DNA from: Schizosaccharomyces osmophilus
Lineage: Eukaryota
Reading direction: 5' to 3'
Length of the DNA: 64,000 nt
Assembly: GCF_027921745.1 (NCBI RefSeq)
Contig: NC_079238.1
Span: 1,178,001-1,242,000 of the forward strand
The notes beneath the pieces were generated by a model. The model was not told the origin of the DNA, did not search any database, and saw nothing but the letters and a program-made list of their open reading frames with translations. Every line of letters starts with the position of its first letter. Positions within the stretch are counted from its first letter, which is position 1. Position numbers and translations under genes: made by a program. Of this stretch, positions 57,150 through 64,000 are shown piece after piece.

Positions 57150-59459
57150 ATGAAAATCGAACGCTCTGTTCGGCTTTTAGTAAAAAGTCTACTGTTTGTA
57201 TATTTGTTTTCTGTGATCATACAGGATAATGGAGTTTTAGCTCGCAAAGTTCCAAAGCAACAAGAGAACTTAGTGCAAAGTGTGTATAATCACCACGTTC
57301 GTCCATTGGGAACTGCTGTTCATTCACAATTTGCAAAAGCAACGCCCCCTTTGTTTGATGGTGCTAAACAAGCTAGAGATGATGTGAAATCTTACTATGA
57401 CAAGCATGCTAAGCCCAGCCTTGACAACTTTCATGACAATATGAAGAAGTCTGGCTATTTTGAAATTCCTAAGAATTTAGAAAGCTATGGAAAACAGACT
57501 TGGGAAGCTATTTCAAATGTGAAGAACAACCAAAAACTCCATAAACTTTGCGTTGATGTGAAAACGAGAACTTCTATTACCTATACAGAAATTGTCGTTC
57601 CCGCGACTGAAAAGTTCATTGCCCAAATTCAAATATATGCAAAATGGATTTCTGAAAAAGTTTACGAGCTTTGGATTAATTATATTATCCCAAATTATCA
57701 GCATTACAAGCCAATTGTTCGTAAAAAGAGCATTGATGGGTATATGGAGTTTCGCTATGTAATTCTTCCGTATTTAAACTCTTCCTTTTGGCAAATGATT
57801 AATGTTTTGTCTTATAATTTGACTTCTTTCTGGAACATGCACATGCGTCCTCAGCTACAACATATATATGAAAGCGTCTTGCATGAAAATTCCGAAAACT
57901 ATGCTTCTTCTACAACAGCTAAAATGGTTAGTGATATCTCATCGTCTATGCTTTCTACCCCTGTTGCTTCCACGACTGCGAATCCTATTAACAAACTTGC
58001 CATTGAACAAACTATAACTCCTTCATATCCCGAAGACATTGTTTCATCTAGCAAAACGGTTGGCCCTGAGTATGATCAAAGAAGCTGCATTAGCAATACT
58101 TTTGCTCACCTTAGCCAAGAGTTTGATAGCATTGAAAGTGAATTCGGTAACAACATTGAAGAACAATGGAAGCAATCGTTTCATAATACGAACGAGTACT
58201 TTTCCAAAGAGTTAAAGTCTTTTGAGGAGCTATCGAATCTCCGGGTTTTGGCAATTGAAAACTCACTGGGAAATTTAGTGTTCCGTGCTCAAACACTTGG
58301 TTATGATGATGCGGTCACTGAGTTATTAGCAGGTGTAAAAAAGGCGATTTTGAACACTCATGAACGAGCTGTCGAGTTGCGTAACCTTGCAGAAATACTT
58401 CAGAAAGATATCGTTGACCGTGTGGAGTCTAGTGCTGATTTTATCCGCAATCAAACATACTCATCTTTCCAAGTTGCTGTGGCTGCTTGTAATGGAAATA
58501 TTCATGATGATGATGAGAAAGTAAGAGAATTAACGCCCGTATTAGATAAAGTGCATCGTTTTATGGATTCCACGGTGAAGGATATGAATACGAAGCAAAG
58601 CTCATTAATGGAGCAAAGAAAGCGCCAATACCTATCTAGAATCGGAAGCATCGCCTCCGACACGATTCGTCGCTTGACAGCAATAAAAAATTCCCATAAG
58701 GTGAAAATAAATTCCAATATTGACACAGAACTTTATGAAGTGGAACCTACTTTAGCTGATCAAACTCAAAAGATTATTGAAATAAACGCCGAACATGCGC
58801 ACTGCGATGATATTTCTTTGGGTACAGCTTCTTATGAATTGCATGAAGCTGTCACAGGCGTTCCTTCTCCGGTAGCTGACAAAAAACATTTAAACGCAGA
58901 AGTCAGTCACTCTAGTAAGCAAAACGATGTGCCAACGAGTTCACCCATTAAAGTGCCAGGAGACGATACTGTCAGTCAATCTATCGTTGAAGAGAGTATT
59001 CCCACTTTATCTGTTAGGGATACTAGGAAAGACGAAGAGAATGTTTATTCAATTTTGCCTATTCAATATGACGAAAAAGAGCAAGCAAAGGCTGTTCCTA
59101 CTCCTTCTGCGGGTTCACAAGAAAAAGAGGAACCTGAAAGTGTTTATTCTATTCTACCCATTGAATATGATGAGAAGGAACAAGAGAATGTGTTATCAAC
59201 GGTTTCTGATGAATCTAAAGCGAAACACCACGGTCATCCTACCGGTTCTGCCCAAGACAAGAAGGATGAAGAGCAAGTTTACTCAATTTTGCCTGTGGAA
59301 GTGGATGAGAAAGATGTTGAACAATTTTCTTCCGATTTTTCTATAAACAGTGGCACACCAACTTCAAAAACTGGCTATGCGACAGTACCAGTCGAGGTGC
59401 CGGAAGAGTCTGTGACGGATAATTCTAATAAATTTGACGCCGAACATCGTTTCGACTAA
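57150..59459 (+). CDS. Uncharacterised protein with N-terminal signal/anchor, helical core and acidic repeat tail (possibly She10-like)
   Basis: 769 aa ORF with hydrophobic N-terminus LLVKSLLFVYLFSVII. Syntenic with SPBC21C3.14c; family assignment tentative. Confidence 0.75.
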   Translation: MKIERSVRLLVKSLLFVYLFSVIIQDNGVLARKVPKQQENLVQSVYNHHVRPLGTAVHSQFAKATPPLFDGAKQARDDVKSYYDKHAKPSLDNFHDNMKKSGYFEIPKNLESYGKQTWEAISNVKNNQKLHKLCVDVKTRTSITYTEIVVPATEKFIAQIQIYAKWISEKVYELWINYIIPNYQHYKPIVRKKSIDGYMEFRYVILPYLNSSFWQMINVLSYNLTSFWNMHMRPQLQHIYESVLHENSENYASSTTAKMVSDISSSMLSTPVASTTANPINKLAIEQTITPSYPEDIVSSSKTVGPEYDQRSCISNTFAHLSQEFDSIESEFGNNIEEQWKQSFHNTNEYFSKELKSFEELSNLRVLAIENSLGNLVFRAQTLGYDDAVTELLAGVKKAILNTHERAVELRNLAEILQKDIVDRVESSADFIRNQTYSSFQVAVAACNGNIHDDDEKVRELTPVLDKVHRFMDSTVKDMNTKQSSLMEQRKRQYLSRIGSIASDTIRRLTAIKNSHKVKINSNIDTELYEVEPTLADQTQKIIEINAEHAHCDDISLGTASYELHEAVTGVPSPVADKKHLNAEVSHSSKQNDVPTSSPIKVPGDDTVSQSIVEESIPTLSVRDTRKDEENVYSILPIQYDEKEQAKAVPTPSAGSQEKEEPESVYSILPIEYDEKEQENVLSTVSDESKAKHHGHPTGSAQDKKDEEQVYSILPVEVDEKDVEQFSSDFSINSGTPTSKTGYATVPVEVPEESVTDNSNKFDAEHRFD

Positions 59460-59944
59460 TGAATCTGCCTCTACAGCTGCTACTCAGGTTGCTGAATAAG
59501 TGCTTGGAGTAATGGCACTGGTTGATATAATTTATGTTCATAATGTGGATTGCTAAGGTAATGAAAGAGCTAATCTTCCAAGCTCTTTATGTCAATTATT
59601 ATTAATTAAGGATTATAATGGTATGAAATATAGATGGTTTATTCGATTTGAAATAGTTTTTATAAAGTTTTCTACGGCAGTAATTGGTAAAACAAGCTCT
59701 ACGTTAGCTAAATAATTTGCCTCTGCATGCTTATTTTTATAGGATTTTTCGAAAGTATATGTCAATTTTAAGCTTTAGCTAATGCAAGCAACACTGGTAT
59801 ACAAGGCTACATTACAATAAAACGCAACTGCATCTCAAGAACAATGAGCATCCAATACAAGAAAGAGCTTTACAAAGGCTTATTTTTTTATACGTGCATT
59901 TTTACACACAGATTGGAACATTTAGATTATGGCTATGTCTGCAT

Positions 59945-60537
59945 TTACTCGCTCTCTTCTTCCAAAAGAGAGTAGGCAATACGGTCCAAATCACGTTGAC
60001 CTTGTTGAGAGATACGGCGGCCACCGTTGTCAGACTTTTCAAGTACACCAATCTTTTCCAAGCTTTGGATAACCTTGCGTTGAACACTGCCGGAGCCGTC
60101 ACGGTGGTGAGAGGGACGCATGCCACGGTTGACAGAGCCACCATAGACCTTGCAAAGACGGCCAACACCGACTTGCTTACGGAGGTAGATATGGCGAGCA
60201 ATGGCAGCAGCACGAACAAAGTACCAGTCAGGGTCATAAGGAGCTAATTCCTTATGGGTACCGGTCTTAGCAATGTCAATCCATTGAGGAGTAGCCATTT
60301 TGCCTATTTAAAAGTCAGTAATGTCTTTCTAATGTGTGCTTTGATGATAAAACCAGAGTAATACAAGTCCTACATTAGCAGAAATATTTGTCCACCTTAC
60401 TAGGATAGACTTTCCCGCTAACACGAGTTGATCCTCTTATTTCTTAATAACAAATACATACCTGAGCGCTTCAAAAAAGCAGAATAGGCAGTAACAAACT
60501 TTTGAGCGTCCACATCCTTGACAGAAACGCCAGCCAT
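59945..60537 (-). CDS. rps19: 40S ribosomal protein eS19, 2 exons
   Basis: Exons 60537-60462 (MAGVSVKDVDAQKFV..LKRSG) and 60303-59945; intron GTATGT..CTGAC..TAG. Motifs KELAPYDPDWYFVRAA and GRRISQQGQRDLDRIA. Confidence 0.98.
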
Positions 60538-60596
60538 TGTGCAGTGTGGTAGTTACAGAATCAACAGCAACTGAAAATGTCGGCTTCGAAACAAAC

Positions 60597-60620
60597 CGTG
60601 ACTGTCTTTACCCCTACCCT
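60597..60620 (-). promoter_or_regulatory. Homol E plus Homol D ribosomal-protein promoter
   Basis: On the minus strand, AGGGTAGGGGT (60620-60610) followed by CAGTCACG (60604-60597), 60 nt upstream of the rps19 ATG, in canonical order. Confidence 0.85.
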
Positions 60621-61443
60621 AAATTTACTGATGTGTACAATGCCTTGCTTGGATCCTTTAATTTCGTATTATGAGTTACAAGGTAACATCGGTATCCTAG
60701 AATCTTAGCCATATTAACATTTATAGTTATAGGTTTTCTATTCTTGCAGGTCAAGGAGGCATTCCAAGGGCTGAAGGTTTTTATTTAGGAAATTTAGATG
60801 TTAATAATTTCATTGTGATTTCTACATAGAGTTGTTATCCAGTGGTGCAGCAGAAGTTTTCGCCAAACAATGTATTCATTGGAATCGTTATTACGTTAAA
60901 TTCTGAACAAAAAGGAAGAATTAGCAAACCTTAAGCGAAGTCAGGACTGTGGGACATGAAATAGGAACAAGGATGGAAGCAGAAACAATTATGTAGCAAG
61001 TTTTGTTCAGCAAAGGCTTCCTTTGAACGTTTGAACCTATGTAGCAGTATAGGAGATAGAGAACATCATCTCCAGCCTTGGCCGCTTTGTGAACGTTTGT
61101 AGCGTCGTATTATCCGAAGAAATTTTGAAGCATCTTTCACAGTTGCTGTTCAAGCAAAAACAATGCATGTTTGACTTCTTAGGTATATGTCCTATTCATC
61201 CATCGAGATTTTCTTTGGTCATATAATTATGATATTTAAGGAGTCCCGATGCCCATGTCCTTTGTTGTCCTTTACCATTTCCTGAGTCTCATCATACAAA
61301 CGAAATTGACGAACTCAATTGCAGCACTGTACTCCATTCTTTCCAACAACCAAGACCTGTTCTCCTAGAATTTTTTCCATTCTAGATAATCGTAAAGCTT
61401 TTTATATTCCTTTTTTAACTTTATCTTTTTAATTGTTTCGAAG

Positions 61444-61815
61444 ATGTTGTTTCCTCTGAAAGAATCTTTAGAAGTTACCTTGGGTAAGCTTACCAAAGGG
61501 GAAACTCTCTTTGTCGCGTACCTTGCTTCGGTTGATCCTCGTACAAAACAGCCCTGGTGTCCTACTGTACGTGCTGCTTTGCCTGCATTCAACAATATTT
61601 TTAATAGTTCGAAAACATTGAATTTGGTGCATGTTTACGTTGGGAATATGCCCCAATGGAGGACCCCAGATAACTTGTATCGCAAAAATTTTGGTATCAG
61701 TGCTGTTCCAACTTTAGGAAGATATTACCGTGACGCTGAAGGAAATCTTCAAAACTCTTTGCTCGTTGATTATGATTGTTTGGATGCCCAAAAATTGTCC
61801 AAATTCATCGAATAG
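61444..61815 (+). CDS. Thioredoxin-like protein, TXNDC17/TRP14 (DUF953) family
   Basis: 123 aa with PWCP motif, VHVYVG..PQWRTPDN.YR and AVPTL (cis-Pro). Confidence 0.88.
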   Translation: MLFPLKESLEVTLGKLTKGETLFVAYLASVDPRTKQPWCPTVRAALPAFNNIFNSSKTLNLVHVYVGNMPQWRTPDNLYRKNFGISAVPTLGRYYRDAEGNLQNSLLVDYDCLDAQKLSKFIE

Positions 61816-62075
61816 ATACACTCACTTTAATCTTATGCCTGTCAATGCTTTAACCGCAATCATCAAGTTCGAAGTTTGATTTCATTTCCAATTCCGTAGT
61901 AGAAGCATTTCAGTCTGATTATTTTTCACGATCAATTGTTTAACAAAGTTTATCAAGCGTTCATAGTTTGCCGAATTTCAGACAATAATAAACCAAATAT
62001 CCATTATATTCATTGTACTTTCTACAAACATAAAACAAATTCATCTCGTCTATGCATCATTTAAGAACATTATCA

Positions 62076-63335
62076 TTAAAATGGATGAACACGGACGACT
62101 GCACGTCCAATATATTCGACGACGTGTCCGGAAGTAGGCAGAGGATCATGATTGCTGAACGTGAGCGAAAATGAACTAGGGAATTCATTCGGCAAGTGAG
62201 ATGCGACAAAGCTATGAAGGTCATGAATTTTATCTTCTTTAGAGAATTCATGGTATAGGGGCTTACCATCACCAAAATCAAATTTAACGGTCGCCGTGGA
62301 TGGGTAAGTCTTTGGAGCATTTGAGCTAATCGTCCGAGAAGGTTGACTCGCTCTTTTTCGAAGAATATTTTGGTAAAGCTCCAGCTGGCTTTTGGAAGGC
62401 TCTAGATCGTATTCATCCTGCTCTCTTTCACTTTTCTTTTCTTTTTTGACTTTGCTCATCATTGATCCTAAAATATTTTTGCTATTAAATCCTTTTGAGT
62501 TTGAATTATCACTTGCTCGTGACGAATCCTGCAGACTTGGAGCTTCAATATCGGCGGCAGATGGGCTTGGCTCCTTCAAAGTTTCGAGTATAGCTTCTTT
62601 TTTTTCCAAAGTTGACGGTTCCTCTTTTGGTGATGAGCCGATACTAGTCGGCTCAACTTTGGGGGTTTTTGCCTCTGGTGTAATTTCCCTGGTAGAAGGT
62701 GCTATATCCACAGATTCTTTAACATGATATAAACCTTGCATATAAGGTGCTTTTTCAGGAGGTGAGTCTGAAGAATTGCTGTCTACGTTAGAATTAGGAG
62801 ATGCAATCACTCTGTTAGGTTTTGTAGTTTCTATAGCTGGTTCGCTTGATTTAGGAATTAGACGAATGAGAACACTACCTTCATTCAAACCAAAGAATGA
62901 AAGCGGTTGCTGAAACTCGGTTTCACGATATGCTCGTCCATTGATTAAAACATGGTCAACATTGGAAAGGAAAGAATGCTTATCCAACAAATGGAGCAAG
63001 ATATTTTGTGACGAAATCTGATCCACAACCCTCGGAAATCCAGGCATTTGAAGAGCAACTTTGAGTTGTCCACCAGATGCTGAAGATGATCCAGGTGACG
63101 CGTTGGATGGTTGTCGTGACTCCTTCAGTGTTAATTTGGACCCTTGCGAAAGGCCAGAATGCCGCATTAACGTCGAAAGATCTAGCTTTTTATCATTATG
63201 CAATAATTCCAAACGACTCCAGTCTGAAAATCCTAGTTTTTGGTATGAAGCAAGAACAACCTCTTGTAGCGGCGCAGAAGGCGTTAGTTTTACAGGATGC
63301 TTTTGAAACCCTTTACAGGCAAATACTGTAGTCAT
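62076..63335 (-). CDS. ubx4: UBX-domain Cdc48 cofactor Ubx4 (TUG/ASPL-like)
   Basis: 419 aa with an N-terminal TUG-type ubiquitin-like domain (LDLSTLMRHSGLSQGSKLTL) and a C-terminal UBX-like domain. Syntenic with SPBC21C3.11. Confidence 0.82.
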   Translation of the reverse strand: MTTVFACKGFQKHPVKLTPSAPLQEVVLASYQKLGFSDWSRLELLHNDKKLDLSTLMRHSGLSQGSKLTLKESRQPSNASPGSSSASGGQLKVALQMPGFPRVVDQISSQNILLHLLDKHSFLSNVDHVLINGRAYRETEFQQPLSFFGLNEGSVLIRLIPKSSEPAIETTKPNRVIASPNSNVDSNSSDSPPEKAPYMQGLYHVKESVDIAPSTREITPEAKTPKVEPTSIGSSPKEEPSTLEKKEAILETLKEPSPSAADIEAPSLQDSSRASDNSNSKGFNSKNILGSMMSKVKKEKKSEREQDEYDLEPSKSQLELYQNILRKRASQPSRTISSNAPKTYPSTATVKFDFGDGKPLYHEFSKEDKIHDLHSFVASHLPNEFPSSFSLTFSNHDPLPTSGHVVEYIGRAVVRVHPF

Positions 63336-63829
63336 CGCTTTTCTTCAATTCTTTAGCAAGACTACGACTTTCCGCACAATGGGATTGGTTTTAGAAACCA
63401 CTCTGTTTGCTCAGACGAATTCAATAATACAGGTAACGTCAATCGTTACCTATGGTCGACGTATGGAAAAGCAAAGTAAAACTGCGAATAGAGAGTAAAT
63501 AGAGACAGACTAATCCTTTTATTCTATTTCTTTTTCTCTGATTGAAATTCTTTGAATAAAAAGTATGTAACGTAGAGCCATGTAACAACTGCTAATGGGA
63601 ATGCAGAGTGGGCTTTTCCTTGATCTGTTTATATAAGTATTGTGTAAGAGTTAGTAGAAAAAATAAAAAGCGTGAAAATAGGACTTCACTGTCAGAATTT
63701 TTAAGATAATTTTCTAAAAAAAATAATCAATTGATTGAGACTAGCCCAATTGGTTTCCTTGTGAAATAATGCTTCTTGTTTACTTACTTTGTTTACGACA
63801 CCTAAAAATAAATTTCCCTACTTTTCCTG

Positions 63830-63831
<2 letters not shown>

Positions 63832-63860
<29 letters not shown>
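63832..63860 (+). repeat. Poly(dA) tract, 29 nt
   Basis: Uninterrupted A run just downstream of tRNA-Tyr. Confidence 0.9.
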
Positions 63861-63862
<2 letters not shown>

Positions 63863-63886
63863 ATTCGCATAAAAAAGTTAAAAAAA

Positions 63887-63970
63887 TCTCTCGAGCCAGA
63901 TTCGAACTAGCGACCAACCGGTATCTTGAACATTACAGCCGGATGTGATAACCAACTACACCATCGAGAG
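63887..63970 (-). tRNA. tRNA-Tyr (GTA) with 10-nt intron
   Basis: CTCTCGA/TCGAGAG-A acceptor stem; anticodon GTA at 63936-63934; intron 63932-63923; T-loop TTCGAAT; T6 terminator at 63886-63881; upstream TATA-like TTTATAAA. Confidence 0.96.
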
Positions 63971-64000
63971 AACTGTTGATATAGCTCTTTATAAAAACAA

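Noticed and set aside
60640..61440. 800-bp gap between rps19 and the thioredoxin-like gene, examined for a hidden gene, LTR or ncRNA
   Set aside because: Only very short ORFs; no LTR hallmarks, snoRNA boxes or tRNA boxes recognised.

Overview
Eukaryotic, gene-dense fission-yeast DNA from a Schizosaccharomyces species other than S. pombe, probably the octosporus/cryophilus/osmophilus group (species not determinable here). From recalled S. pombe annotation, gene order matches the chromosome II block SPBC211 / SPBC23E6 / SPBC21C3: gfh1 (partial), SF3B5/sap10, mcm6, gea1, cwf3, rsm10, mri1, ssn6, sat1/rgp1, rfc1, rib3, arx1, utp10, nta1, rrp2, a dimeric tRNA-Ser(CGA)/tRNA-iMet gene, cxr1, git1, rtc3, spo4, a small membrane protein, spt4, an Msc7-like aldehyde dehydrogenase, a large secreted/membrane protein, rps19, a thioredoxin-like protein, ubx4 and tRNA-Tyr. 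Many genes are spliced, so the ORF track splits or misses them; exon coordinates were rebuilt by hand. The most notable feature is invisible to the ORF track. The 1.2 kb gap between gea1 and cwf3 holds a non-coding host gene with a Homol D + TATA promoter. Its three consecutive introns each carry a box C/D snoRNA (snR57-, snR55- and snR61-like). The introns are joined by an apparent zero-nucleotide exon (AG|GT) and a micro-exon of 10 nt or less, and the outer exons contain unexplained hairpins. No transposons, LTRs, wtf genes or CRISPR-like arrays were seen. Orthology calls rest on recognised motifs and recalled synteny, not on database searches.
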